From the NCBI RefSeq assembly GCF_964188315.1, contig NC_135671.1, positions 35,712,001-35,776,000 of the forward strand: a DNA stretch of 64,000 nucleotides, read 5' to 3'. The stretch's first letter is position 1. Every line of letters starts with the position of its first letter. This document shows, one piece after another, positions 1 through 13,337 of the stretch. Below the pieces are notes generated by a model that did no database searches, was not told the DNA's origin, and saw nothing but the letters and a program-made list of their open reading frames with translations. This DNA comes from Podarcis muralis. Lineage: Eukaryota. A program made the translations under genes and the position numbers.

Positions 1-735
1 AACTAGTGTATAAATCCAATATGCACCAGAAGAGAGTGAGAAGGCTACATAGTGATGTCCCAAAAGGGAAAACAGGTAAGATTTAATGGTGGACCATCCA
101 TAAGCTTACGTGAGACAAGATGGAATAGGGCTACCATTGGCTTCTGATTAAAATATTAAGATCTGCCATTTCCCAGAGAAACGGTTGCTACCGTGGCTAA
201 GCAGTAGGCCTTCTTGCCTCATAGATCACTTTCTTTCTGTTTGCTTCCTTCATGGCTGCCATGCTCATCTGCTTTATTTTGGTATTGAATTTAAGTGAAT
301 TCAAGCACAGGACCTTTTGGACTTAATCCTCCTATGTTTAAATATGCCTGACTGCTCTAGATGTATCCCAGCCAAGACTGTCATTCACTGAAATACCTTG
401 TACTTCCCTTGTCCATGAGGAACTAACAAAATGGTTATTTTAGTCCTTTCAGCATCTGCAAAGTTAGGGGATATCCTGCATTTCTAAGATGCTAAAACAG
501 AAGCACCAAAGGTTCTCAAGTAGCGTTGTGCCCAAATGACTTGCAATAAAACAGATCTGATTGGGTTACTTAAAAGCAGCTTAGGAAGGTGGAAAGGGTG
601 GACTCTAAACATTATTAAAAGCAGCAATATTTGGAGGATTCTTATGGACAAACTGCTTTGATCAAAATCCAGTTCCGCTTCACCCAAGCTACTTCTAAGA
701 ATGAAGAAGTCCTGTGGAACCACTCACAATTCTTT

Positions 736-741
736 AATAAA
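736..741 (+). terminator. Poly(A) signal of an upstream + strand transcript
   Basis: AATAAA with a downstream GT-rich tract (771-780). Assignment to RAVER1 is by synteny only. Confidence 0.35.
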
Positions 742-1199
742 AATTATTAAAAATACAAATAAACAAACAATTTGTGTTTGATTTGCAGCTTTTTAAATCA
801 AAAAAATGCATCTGATCTCTTCAGTCTCTTGCGTCTTATGTGATTCTGCTCTTGGCAAGTAACTTATCTCAGCCTTTTAGTATGATACGGCCAGGCGGAC
901 AGGTTTGGCAGGAAGTTTTTCCTCTCTCCAGGCATAATATATCACGAAAAGATAGATGTCATAATGAGACAGGAGGGCACTGAAAGACACTTTTCTTTGG
1001 AGTACATCATCATCAGCGTCTTCATCATTTTATTTGTATGCCGCCTTTCCACAGTTAAAACAATGTTCAAGGCGGCTTACAATATGAAAAGATACATAAT
1101 TACAATAGCGAAGTAGTTATTAAAAAAAGAAAACACATTAAAAATTACATAATGTGATAAGAATTTTAAGGTCTTAGATATATATTAAATGTTCATAAA

Positions 1200-2220
1200 T
1201 GTACCAACCAAGCACGTACATAGATCAGCACAGGAAGACCGACCTGAAACCATTTTTGATTCCCAAACTGACCAAATGTTTCCTCTGCGGGGAGGGAGGG
1301 GGTCAGGGAGCCTTCCCATTGTCTCAGGAATTGCATAATTGGCATTTTAATGGGTGACAGACTATCAGATAACCTGGCAGCCAGGAAAAACAACATTCAA
1401 ATTTCTATTTTAGACCACCTTTTCTGTGATGTAGGTATGTGGGGGGTGGTCTTGAGCTGCACCCCTCCTGTGATGTATGTATGATGTTTCTGGGGGTGGT
1501 ATTGGGCTCCAGGGCTGGGAGTTTAAAATGTCTATATAAGGGCAGGCACACCTTTGTTCTGGGTTCCTCCTCCACTCCTGCGGGTGAGGGGAGCACCCTG
1601 TTGCAACAGATCAATAAAGATCAAGCTTACTAGCTGCTTTGCTTCTCAATATTCTCTGGTTGGTCCGTATAGTTAAAGCCATGGTTTTCCCAGTAGTGAT
1701 GTATGGAAGTGAGAGCTGGACCATAAAGAAGGCTGATCGCCGAAGAATTGATGCTTTTGAATTATGGTGCTGGAGGAGACTATTGAGAGTCCCATGGACT
1801 GCAAGAAGATCAAACCTCTCCATTCTTAAGGAAATCAGCCCTGAGTGCTCACTGGAAGGACAGATCCTGAAGCTGAGGCTCCAATACTTTGGCCACCTCA
1901 TGAGAAGAGAAGACTCCCTGGAAAAGACCCTGATGTTGGGAAAGATGGAGGGCACAAGGAGAAGGGGACGACAGAGGACGAGATGGTTGGACAGTGTTCT
2001 CAAAGCTACAAACATGAGTCTGACCAAACTGCGGGAGGCAGTGGAAGACAGGAGTGCCTGGCGTGCTCTGGTCCAGGGGGTCACGAAGAGTCGGACACGA
2101 CTAAACAACAACAACATTCTCTGGTTGACCTCTGTGATTTTCTCCTACCAATAGGGAACCTACGTAAGGACTCTATAAGGATACCCCATAAGGGGAAAAG
2201 GGCAGATTTTGTTTACAACA
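1200..2220 (+). mobile_element. Probable solo LTR interrupted by BovB
   Basis: TATATAA near 1533, AATAAA near 1613, ends ...TTTACAACA. The sequence is continuous across the BovB TSD. Left boundary approximate. Confidence 0.5.
1663..2115 (+). mobile_element. RTE-BovB LINE, 5'-truncated
   Basis: YGSESWTIKKADRRRIDAFELWCWRRLLRVPWT... BovB ORF end, (CAA)n tail, 12-bp TSD ATTCTCTGGTTG. Confidence 0.95.
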
Positions 2221-2235
2221 ATAACCACATAAAAA

Positions 2236-2425
2236 CTAAAAAAATTCCTTCCAGTAGCACCTTAAAGACCAACTAAGTTAGTTCTTGGTATGAGCTTTCG
2301 TGTGCATGCACACTTCTTCAGATACACTGAAACAGAAGTTGCCAGATCCTTCTATATAGTGAGAAGGTGGGGAGGGGTATTACTCAGAAGGGTGGTGGGA
2401 ATGGGTGATGGGCAGATAGCTGAGG
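2236..2425 (-). mobile_element. Penelope-like terminal (pseudo-LTR) fragment
   Basis: Reverse complement of about 7085-7250. Confidence 0.85.
2287..2327 (-). ncRNA. Minimal type-I hammerhead ribozyme motif (PLE-associated)
   Basis: GUAU-CUGAAGA-A-GUGUGC AU GCACAC-GAAA-GC-UC-AUAC: stem I, catalytic core, stem II and palindromic AGCU stem III. Confidence 0.7.
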
Positions 2426-2599
2426 CAGACCTATCTGTCACATAAAAACTACAGTACTGTACTAATGCTTCTGCAGATGCTGCCCAAGGCCAGATAAGCG
2501 ACCAGGCGACATTCCATCAACTGAGCAAGTTGAGTTGTTGACATTATTTATCTTGCATTTGGTAATTCGAAACGCTTCTCAGCCAACGCTTTCTAGCCT

Positions 2600-3130
2600 C
2601 CGCCCACAAATATTTCCAGCCGGAATACGCAAGGGAGACTGCCTTCGAAAGGGGCGGAGGAAGAATAAGACAACGCCGCTTTCCAGGAGCGGGGGAGATC
2701 CCCGCGCAACCAGCCAGGCTCCCCTTCCCCTCCGTTTCCACGGAAACAGCCGCCGCCCTCTGACCCCGGCGGTCACGTGGCGCCTGTCATGGCGGCCTCC
2801 TGGGCCGCGAAGGGCGGCGCTGGCGTCTCCCGGTGCCCGGGGCGCCGTCGGGTCCTGGCAGCGGCGGCCGGCCGGCTCCTGCCCCGGGGCTTCCGCACTG
2901 CAGGTGGGCGAGGAGAGAGCGGGGCTCCTCTCTCCCCAGGGGTCAGGGAAAGACTACCGGGATGCGGGGAGGCTGGTTGCTCTTTCTTCCCTCCCCTCCC
3001 CCTTCCCTGTAAACGGCCGTGAGTGCCCGTCGGGGAAAAGGCGGTGTGTCAATAAATGTACAACAACAACAACAGCACCACAACTTGGTCACGAAGCGAG
3101 GGGCGCCTCGGGATTCATCGGCGGTGTTTT
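2600..3130 (+). promoter_or_regulatory. FDX2 CpG-island promoter with E-box
   Basis: CpG-rich; GTCACGTGG at 2772-2780, about 10 nt upstream of the ATG. Confidence 0.7.
2789..2903 (+). CDS. FDX2: Ferredoxin-2 (FDX2/FDX1L) coding exon 1, mitochondrial targeting peptide
   Basis: ATG in a CpG island; MAASWAAKGG... resembles the mammalian FDX2 start (MAASMARGG). GT donor at 2904; 115 nt, phase 1, compatible with the next exon. Confidence 0.85.
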
Positions 3131-3526
3131 TGTTCCAGCAGGATCCCTCTCCCTCTGTTGTGTAACCAACAGCTCAGATTGTTCTTCGTCAGAAGTTCGA
3201 TTTGGCGACCCAAACAAACTTGCTCCGAATTGGAGGAATTCAGAGGATCACTCCCTCCTGCTATGCAGCCTTCCCCCAACCTGGTGCCCTCCAGAAGTTT
3301 GGGGGCTCTAGTCCATGTTTTAGTGTTACGCATGGTGTGCCTTGTTGCTTTAAGCTATATAACAATAAATAATAATATATTTTTATTTATACGCCGCCGT
3401 CCCTGGCCAGGGTCGGGCTCAGGGTGGCTAACACCAACATATGTACCCTGCCTTGAGATTGAATAGTAAAAGGCAAGGCTCTAAATGCATCTAAATAAAT
3501 AAAATGCTATGTGTTTTTTTCCCCAG

Positions 3527-3566
3527 TCACCTTTCAAGCAGAAGATGAGAACTCTGCCGCAGAAGT
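3527..3566 (+). CDS. FDX2: FDX2 coding exon 2 (VTFQAEDENSAAEV)
   Basis: Polypyrimidine/ccccAG acceptor and GTGAGT donor. The 40 nt exon joins exon 1 (phase 1) to exon 3 (phase 2) without a stop. Confidence 0.8.
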
Positions 3567-4933
3567 GTGAGTAGCACAAAATGTAGCTGGGTTTAATTTT
3601 GGGGAGTGGGTTGGGTTAAACTAATCTTAGATCTTCTTTGGGCAGTTGACATATTTTGTGCTTTTGACAGCATCATCTCAATAAGAATTTGTGGTTTGAA
3701 ATATTGCTTGTTAATTGTAAGTAGCGTACATAGTTAGGCTAGGTGGTTGCAAGAGTCCTAGTAGCCTAATTTCTGCAGTGGTGTGTCCAGGTGGCAACTT
3801 CACAAATACTTTTTTTTAAAAATTAATTTTATTAGTATTTTCCACACAACAACAACAACAACACGAAAGATATCAAAAATATCTTCACAAATACTTGTGT
3901 GTGCTAACCAGAAATACAGGAAGCAAAACACACTAGGTACAATTGTTTGCTTAGTTCACAGTGCAGCTCTTACTGGAGTGGTGGCTCATCCTATACTGGT
4001 CTTGCAGTTACCACTTGTTACTTGTATCATGCATTGGCAGGACCATGTAGGGGGGGGCTGCTTTGAGTGCAACTGGACTGCATACCAGATGTACATCTGT
4101 CTCCCTTCACAGCTGCTATGTTGATACACACCAGTGCTAAACTTTGAACACTTAAAACTCAATTGGCTAGAGGAGCTTTTTGCTCTGTTGAGTCTTCAGC
4201 ACTTCCTGTTTGTTTCTTTTTAACATTACTAGGGACTGGCTTACCAATTCTGCCTACCTGCTGCATCCCACACCCCCTTTGCCAACCTCCTTCTGCACCT
4301 TGCCCAACCCTGCCCCCATCCACCCCCTCAAAGTCCTCAATCGCCATGCTCCCCATATTGCTTTCTCTCCTTCGCCCACTGCTGCTGCTGGTGGTGGTGA
4401 AGAGGAGAATGAAGAGGAGAAAGTCATTGTCCCACCACCACTGACAGAATGCAGGCTTCCTTCTACTGGCAATGTATCAAAGCAGCAGGGAAAGAGCAAA
4501 AGGGAGAAAGACTTTCCTCTCCTATTTCTGCCAGCGGTGGGGCCATCCACTCCTTCCTCCAGCCTACTCAGGTCCTAGGCTTTCCTTGTCCTATTGGGCA
4601 TGCACTAACCCTTGTGTTTTTATTTTTATTTTATTTATACCCCACCCATCTGGCTGGGTTGCCCCAACCACTCTGGGCAGCTTCCAACAGAAATCATCAT
4701 CATCATCAAACATTAGCAACAATCAGATCCTATATAAAAAGTCACAATAACAATGCCAGCATGACAACAGATGAGTGCAAATATAGTATAGAGGGATGAG
4801 AATATTTGGAATTCCAAACCTAAGTCAGCTGTTATATGTTGCTTGGTAATCTGTGCCTTTATGCAGAAACCCAGGAGACTTTCAACCATGCTTGTAGCTT
4901 TTCAGCACCTGACAATTATGGGAGGGTCATTGA

Positions 4934-5083
<150 letters not shown>

Positions 5084-5779
5084 TAAGTCCCCTGCTCTAT
5101 CCGGCTACGTAGCAGTCCAGTCTAACATCCTCTTTCCAATAGTGGCTAGCCAGATGCCATTCGGGAGTCCAAATATAGCCTCTCCTGCATGCTTTGTTAT
5201 CTGATATGTACTGTCTCTGCACTTGGAGGTAGTATTTAGCCATTTTGGCTAATGGTATGCACAATAATGTGCAAGTATGCTTTTTTGGTAGTGTCCCAGC
5301 ACTGTAAAATCCCTTCCTATTGACTTGCAACTCATCCCATCTGTTTAGGCAAGTTCAATTGAGATTGTAAATAACTTGGGTGTTACAGAGCAGCTTTTTA
5401 ATTATTCTGTGTGCTTGCCAATGTGGCTTGCTCCTGTCTGTTGCTTTATGAGGGCATAGCTCCAAAAACACTTAGCCAATGTTACTTGTTTCACTTTGTG
5501 TGGCAATGGGTGCTTTTTCAAGTAACCTGGTCACAGTATCAAGTTCTAGTATTATAATGGAAGGAGTAAAACTCAACCCTTCCTCCAGACTGTTCATCAA
5601 TGCATAAATATTACACTCTCCCTCCCCCCTATTTCTCCCCTTGTTGTATGGGGGAGGAGACGAAGTCCCAACAACTCTGGTATTTCCTCATATCAAAGGT
5701 GCCACAACTCCTTGATCATTTTGGTTGTCCTTTTCTAGTTTTATGATACACTTTTTGAGAGGCCAGGTGATTGGAATAG

Positions 5780-5944
<165 letters not shown>

Positions 5945-6449
5945 TAAGGACCACCTTACGACCATAGAGTTGTAGAGTTGGAAGAGACCCTGAGGGTCAT
6001 CTAGTCCAACCTCCTGCAATGCAGGAATCTTTTGCCCAATGTGGAGCTCAAACCCATGACCTTGAGATTAAGAGCCCCATGCTTTACCAACTGAGCGGTC
6101 CCTTGACACTCTCCTTGTAGCAGAAATGGCCTTTCTTAGCTCCCTGCTGATGGCATTCCACAACTTCCTCAGCATGGCTGGGAGGGCCCTACTGTCCAAG
6201 CCTAAAGAAACTGGCAGGTTTCTGGTGCAAAAAAAAAAAAAAAAAAAAAGGAGGCAGTGCCCCAGAGACAGAGAGAGAGACCTCTAGTGGGGTAGGAGAG
6301 CTGAACATAATGCCAAAAAATTTCACATTGGGCAAACAATGCACCCCTTGGGTTTCAGATGGTACCTGGATAGAAGAGTCTAAAAAGACTGGGACACAAA
6401 TTTTCATGGCCCTCTAGTGACTATGGTGGCTCATTTACAAGAAGTAATG

Positions 6450-7293
6450 AAAGGAAGACCTTTCATTGCCTACAGACAGCCACCCAATCTTAAACAACTC
6501 CTCACCCACAATAATACAACAACCAGACTTAACATGGACACTGGTACCTGAGCCTGCAATAAACCCAGATGCCAACTTTGCTGCCACATACATCCGGACA
6601 ACACCATTACTGGCCCCAACAACATCAAACACACCATCTCAGGACTATTTAATTGCTCATCTTCTAACATTGTGTATGCCATCAAATGTCAACAGTGCCC
6701 TTCAGCTCTCTATATTGGACAAACAGGCCAAACCCTACGCCAAAGGATAAATGGACATAAATCTGACATCAGGAATCACAAGACAGAGAAACCAGTAGGA
6801 GAACACTTCAATCTCCCAGGACATTCTATACAACATCTCAAAGTAGCTGTCTTATTACAAAAGAATTTCAGAAATAGACTGGAAAGAGAAGTTGCTGAAT
6901 TGCAACTTATTACCAAACTTAAAACCATGGGGAGACCTGGTCTGAATAGAGACATTGGATTCTTATCTCATTATACCTGATATAGCTATTTTTAGCCATC
7001 TTACCCCTTGCTTTTTCCTGTAAGACCAATTGCAGTCATTAACAGTCGTCAACAGGTTTACCACACCTATCAGCCAATCACTCATTCCCAACCACCCTTC
7101 TGAGTAATACCCCTCCCCACCCTCTCACTATATATAAGGATCTGGGGACTTCCGTTTTAGTGTATCTGAAGAAGTGTGCATGCACATGAAAGCTCATACC
7201 AATAACAAACTTAGTTGGTCTCTAAGGTGCTACTGGAAAGAATTTTTTTTTTTTATTTCGACTACGGCAGACCAACATGACTACCTACCTATA
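6450..7293 (+). mobile_element. Penelope-like retroelement 3' fragment with GIY-YIG endonuclease (FDX2 intron 4)
   Basis: VYAIKC..C...YIGQTGQTLRQRINGH...VGEHFNLPGH GIY-YIG pattern; terminal repeat with hammerhead core; 13-bp flanking duplication ACAAGAAGTAATG. Confidence 0.9.
7160..7200 (+). ncRNA. Minimal type-I hammerhead ribozyme motif (PLE-associated)
   Basis: Same core, with one G-U pair in stem II. Confidence 0.68.
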
Positions 7294-7560
7294 ACAAGAA
7301 GTAATGTAGTTAGTGTTACCTCTGGAAGTGTATACTTGATTCTGACCAAACTAAGCCCCCTAGAGCACAATATATACATCAGGATGTATATTGATCAGAG
7401 GGGGAGAATGGGGATTGTTTTTTCTGGCAAGTTGCACTGCTTGCACTGACGTGAACATTTACCATAGTGCAGTGTTGAATTTCATCTAGTGACTTGATTC
7501 TTGTTTATTGTTTAAAATGTGTTCAGGTGAGCTATAATGTGGACTTGCTTGGTATTTTAG

Positions 7561-7800
<240 letters not shown>

Positions 7801-8996
7801 GTGCCATGGAGCCAAAGGCTGGACCAGTCTCCAAAGTGAGCCTGATCTCTTAAGCAACCGTCAGACAGGGAGACAGTGATGCGGTCAAAGCACGCATGAT
7901 GCTTTAAAAAATAAAATTGTGTTCTATGAACAAAAGACTGATGCAAAGAAAAGAAATGTGTCTCTTCCAGAGAGCATTCTGAGTAAGGCCAGAGCTTTCT
8001 GACTCTCTTGAGCCTCCCTTAAGCTATTGCTTAACTGCATTCATGGCTTGAGAAGGATGTTGGGAGATGTACCTCACCCAACCTAGAAGCACTTTCCCAA
8101 GTCCTGTGGGAAATGTCTCAAGGGGAGAAGAGGCTCCTGCACATTAGCACCACTATTTTAAGGTGGGCACAGCAAGTACTGGCTTCATGGAAGGAAAGCG
8201 AGGGATGAGGGGAGTGGGTTACCCTCCACAAACACTTTGGTTGTGTTCTTTCTCTCTGTTTCTGTGTTTTCTCTTGCTGCGCAAGCAAGTGCATTAATTT
8301 TCATTGCGGACTTCTTGTTTCTCACCTGCCATTTGACTGCTGAGAAGATCGGTCGGCAACATCATTTATAGCACCAAATAAGCTGAGAGGAGGAAGGCAC
8401 TCGCCCCACACCTTCTCTGGTTTTTGTCAGTAAAAAAAAATAAAAGCAGCCTATTACTGTTGTTCTTGCATTTGTGTACAAATTGCATTGGGACATTCAG
8501 TTTACATTATAATTTTATTATATACAGAGTTGTATTTCATTGGAATACCATACAGGCAAGAACAATCCATCTACTCTTCAATAATATCTTCACATTAAAA
8601 TTCATTGAAATAACCCCTCCCTCTTCTATTCTGACTTAACCCTAATGGCTAGGTCTCCCAATGCTTTCAGAAAATGTACAAGTTTGCATATTGACAAGTC
8701 GTTTGAGAAGGAAGGAAAATAATTCCATTATAGTGCAAGTGGTGATACACCATCAGAAACAGTTCCTTCTATACACTTAACCTGACTGAAGTTGATAATA
8801 CCATTAGTAGTGGACACTGAATGGGAAAGGAGACAGCATTAAAGGTATGCTGAGCTTAAGCTACTGTTGAAATGATCAGAAGATTAAATCCAGAGATGAA
8901 CATCTGTACATGAGTGGTGGATTTCACTCAAAATGTTTTCTGCGGTGCGCTTACTTAAAAGTGCAGTTTATATAAAATTATTGCTACTGTCAGACA

Positions 8997-9157
8997 CAGT
9001 GGTGTAGCGTGGGGGGTGCAGGGGGGCCGGCCGCACCGGGCGCAACATCTGGGCGGGGCGCACTCGCAGCTCTCTGCCCCTACCTGGCTCACTCAGGGTT
9101 AGGGGGCGCAAATTACTTGCCTTGCCCCGGGTGCTGACAACCCACGCTACGCCACTG
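8997..9157. mobile_element. hAT MITE (CAGTGGCGTAGCGTGG family)
   Basis: 16-bp TIR and 8-bp TSD GTCAGACA. Confidence 0.9.
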
Positions 9158-9446
9158 GTCAGACAACAAGTGCTTCAGTCCTGTGCACACTTACTTGGGA
9201 GTAAGCCTAACTGAACAGAGTGGGACATACAGCCGAGTTAAGCAGTGCAGCCCTCTTGGCTAGGGTCAGTAGTTTTAAAAACTTGCTGCACCATTCAGAA
9301 ATCATTTCTTGCCTTCCTGGTACTGCCTGAAGCTGGCTATTTCATCCTACTGCATAGCAGTCCTGATTGCAAATATGTCTTTAAACTTTTGACAAAACTA
9401 GAAACTGACCAGCAGAAACACACAACTGTTGCTGCAGAATTAAGTA

Positions 9447-9666
9447 CAGTGGTACCTCAGGTTACAGACGCTTGAAGTTACAGACTCCGCTAACCCAGAA
9501 ATAGTACCTCGGGTTAAGAACTTTGCTTCAGGATGAGAACAGAAATTGTGCTCCAGCAGCATGGCAGCAGCGGGAGGCCCCATTAGCTAAAGTGGTGCTT
9601 CAGGTTAAGAACAGTTTCAGGTTACGAACGGACCTCGAATTAAGTACTTAACCTGAGGTACCACTG
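9447..9666. mobile_element. Tc1/mariner (pogo/Tigger-like) MITE
   Basis: TIR CAGTGGTACCTCAGGTTA / TAACCTGAGGTACCACTG flanked by TA. Confidence 0.88.
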
Positions 9667-10018
9667 TATTTGGAAGCAGATACTTTCAATATGGTACACA
9701 ATATAGTTGGACCAGTGCAACTATCCGTATGCCCAGATGCTTATCTCTTTACACAGGGAGCCCCCCAAGTAATCAATAGATTGAATGTGGCAGTTCCCGC
9801 TTCTCTTTGCCTAAACTGCAGAGATAGGGAGGCGCTGAGCATAAGTTGTTGAACTGCAGCTGCCATCATGGGACTTGGTAGTCCAACCATATCTGGAGGA
9901 TCACAGGTAGTAGTTATATTATTAATATTTGTTAATTGCTTTGCTCAAGGAAGTGACTCAAAGCGACTTCTAGACACAGTCCTGGCCTTTTGTTGTCCAG
10001 GAGAAACATCTGATAAGG

Positions 10019-10154
10019 CAGGCATAGGCAAAGTCGGTCCTCCAGATGTTTTGGGACTACAATTCCCATCATCCCTGACCACTGGTCCTGTTAGCTAGGG
10101 GTCATGGAAGTTGTAGGCCAAAAACATCTGGAGGGCCAAGTTTGCCTATTCCTG
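10019..10154. mobile_element. hAT MITE (hairpin type)
   Basis: CAGGCATAGGCAAA...TTTGCCTATTCCTG with an 8-bp TSD TGATAAGG. Confidence 0.85.
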
Positions 10155-11233
10155 TGATAAGGGAAGAGAAGTGCACAAAAAGAAGTTTTAAAAGATTGAG
10201 AACATCCCCAGGGAATGCTGTGGATGTCTTCAGCAAGAGTCCAGGTTGGTGAATAAATTCTCCATGCAGGGAGCCAAGTTGATAAGAACTGGGGTCAGTG
10301 TTTCCCAAAGCAAAACATCTGAGCAGAATCCAAAGTGCCCTGCTTTTTGTGGTGGGTGGGAGAGGATTTCTGATGGGGAAAGAGCTTTGCTATGATGTGT
10401 TTATGAGGAGGGTTCTGCCCATTTCTAATGAAAACATTTCTCCATCCATTCACCTGTTCCCAGGCTTGCAGTGCAGAGGACCTGTGGTTCTCCAGATGTT
10501 GGGACTCCAACTCTCAGGCATTATGGGGGTTGCAGTCCATCAGCAAGATCTGAAGGGCTACAGGTTTCACCTCCTCCCCAATGTATGGATTTTCATAATT
10601 CAAGCCCAAGCATTATTTAACTCTGGAGACATGAATACAGAGCATGGCTCTTTTGGGGTTCATTCATCCTTACAGCAGGAGCTGCAAGGAGGCTGCTAGG
10701 AGCACAGTGCAAATGGGGCATTTGCCCATCATGGGGCAGCTTGTCATCAAACCTGACAAGCAGATGGCTCAGCTAATACAATACAGACGAAACATAAGAA
10801 GACTAATTGCTTGACACAAGCTTAGAGCACCAGAACTGGTTTCTACTGGTTGGTACATGGTAGATTGGAATGAAGGGTAGATTGCTGGGTGATTTGTAGC
10901 ATAGCATTCAACTTTGAATATGGTATTTAACAACAACAGCAACAACAACAAAAATATTGCCCTAAATTAGGCTGTTGGAATATTTGATCTGTAGTAATTC
11001 AGATGTAGATTTGTAACAGGGTGGTGTAGTGAAAACCTGCTCAGATCTCAGCCGGTAAATTCAACTGGGAAATCTTGGAGTAGTTGCTCTCTCTCATCCG
11101 AACCTACCTTACAGGGATGTTGGTAGGGAATGCATGCATGCATGAAATGAAATGAAACTTATACACGCAGGCAAGTCCTGTGTATGACTCATGTGAGGCA
11201 GTAGATAATTGCCTCTTCCCTCAATCCAGCATT

Positions 11234-11402
11234 CATAGAGCCAACTCCTAGGGGCTTTGCCCCGCCCCTGAAATATTTGAAGTTGAGGTGCATTGCCATT
11301 CAAATGGTGTGCATGCATGCACCATGTCATGTGATCGATTAAGTGGGGCAGGGCTCACCTGAGCCCCCCCCCCCCAGTATTTTATTCAAGTTGGCACCCC
11401 TG
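11234..11402. mobile_element. hAT MITE
   Basis: CATAGAGCCAACT...AGTTGGCACCCCTG with an 8-bp TSD CCAGCATT/CCAGAATT (one mismatch). Confidence 0.7.
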
Positions 11403-11539
11403 CCAGAATTTTGCATCTAGCTCTGGTTGGTGGACCTCAAGTTTCAAGAACATAGATCCCACTAGTCTAAGATCTACCCATGTCTGCAAACTAGACCACA
11501 CCTACCAACCAGGAAGTTCCTACAACAGTTGGTCTGCAA

Positions 11540-12560
11540 GTACTTAGAAAAGGATGCTGTGATTACTACGACCCAGCATAGGTTTCTCAAAAACAAGTCA
11601 TGCCAGACAAATCTCATTTCTTTTTTGACAATTACAAGCTTGGTGGATCAGAAGAATGCTTGGACATAGTGTATCTCGATTTCAGGTTTTGTCCTGGGCC
11701 CGCTGTTATTTAGAAATATGATAAACAACTTGCATGAAGGAATTGAGAGGTTGTTCATTCAATTTGCAGATGACACCAAACAGGGATGGGTAGCTAATAT
11801 CACTGAAGACAGAATCGGGATTCAAGAAGACCTTAACAGATTGGAGAACTAACAAAAATAATTTCAGCTAGGACAAACATTAGGTTATTCACTTTGGCAG
11901 GAAAAAACAGCTGTACAAATATAAGGTGGGGGCTACCTGGCTTCCTAATAGTACATGTGAAAAGGATCTAGGGGGTCTTAGAAGATCACAAGCTGAACGT
12001 CAACAGTGTGATGCAGGCAAAAAAAGAGCTAGTGCTATTCTTGGCTGCATCAACAGACGTCTAGCATCCTGATCAAGGCAGGTAATAGCACTGCTCTGTT
12101 GTGCCTTGGTTGGACCCCACCTGGAATACTGTGTCCAATTCTGGGCACCACAATTTAAGAAGGACATTGACAAGCTGGAACATTTGTAGAAGAGGGCAAT
12201 CAAGATGATCAAGGGTCTGGAAACCAAGTCTTATGAGGAAAAGAGGAGCCAGAGGAGATATGATAGATCTTTAGCTAATTGAAGAAGATAAAGCAAGCTT
12301 CTTTCATCTTGCTCTGGAGGGTAGGACTGGAACCAACGGCTTCAAGTTACAAGAAGGGAGATTCCAACTAAACATACGGAAAAACTTTCTGACAGTAAGA
12401 GCAGTTTGACAGTGGAACAGTCTCCCTCAGAGGGTTGTGGACCCTCCTTCCTGGGAGACTTTTAAGCAGAGACTTTTAAGCAGAGTTGGCCATCCATCAC
12501 AGATGCTTTAGGAGAGATTCCTGCATTGCAGGAGGCTGGACTAGATAATCCTTGGGGCTG
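11540..12560 (+). mobile_element. CR1 LINE fragment (degenerate)
   Basis: QHRFLKNKSCQTNLI, KFADDTK-like and [13 protein letters not shown] motifs with frameshifts. Boundaries approximate. Confidence 0.85.
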
Positions 12561-12935
12561 TGCAGAGAAATAAGGTTGCTGGCTAGAAAACAGCACCAGA
12601 AAGGCCTTGGTCCAATTTTCTAGCTTTTGGGAGAGTTTTGCTGAACCAGATCCAACATACGTTTCCAATACTGTCTCTGGAAAGCCATATGCAGGTGATG
12701 CCCCCAGTAGATACACTGCAGTTGAACATGGAGGCTCTGTTTAGGTATGGCTACTAATAGCCCCATATGGAGTCACCCTTCCACTACATTACCTCATTCT
12801 TCTAAAAGGATTTCTTGCTCAATCACAAACACTGAGGACCCTCAGTTAATGCCTCTGCTGCCTCAGTTTCCCTCTCTGTAAAAGAAGGCATTAAGGTAAT
12901 TTTAACCTTTGGGGTTTGCTACTCAGGTGCAATGT

Positions 12936-13337
12936 ATGGAAGTGAGAGCTGGACCATAAAGAAGGCTGATCACCGAAGAATTGATGCTTTTGAATTATGG
13001 TGCTGGAGGAGACTCTTGAGAGTCCCATGGACTGCAAGAAGATTAAACCTATCCATTCTTATGGAAATCAGCCCTGAGTGCTCACTGGAAGGACAGATTG
13101 TGAAGCTGAGGCTCCAATACTTTGGCCACCTCATGAGAAGAGAAAATCCCCTGGAAAAGACCCTGATGTTGGGAAAGATGGAGGGCACAAGAAGAAGGGG
13201 ACGACAGAGGACAAGATGGTTGGATAGTGTTCTTGAAGCTACCAGCATGAGTTTGACCAAACTCTGGGAGGCAGTGGAAGACAGGAGTGCTTGGCGGGGT
13301 CACGAAGAGTCGGACACGACTAAACGACAACAACAAT
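12936..13337 (+). mobile_element. RTE-BovB LINE, 5'-truncated
   Basis: Same ORF end, (CAA)n tail, 13-bp TSD TCAGGTGCAATGT. Confidence 0.93.

Noticed and set aside
1611-2117. Antisense ORFs over BovB copies (also 12970, 46071 and 46383)
   Set aside because: Reverse-frame shadows of the BovB ORF end.
4163-4578. ORFs in FDX2 intron 2, including AGGGEEENEEEKV, as a candidate exon 2
   Set aside because: Exon 3527-3566 has canonical splice sites and the exact phases required; this region has no fitting donor/acceptor pair.
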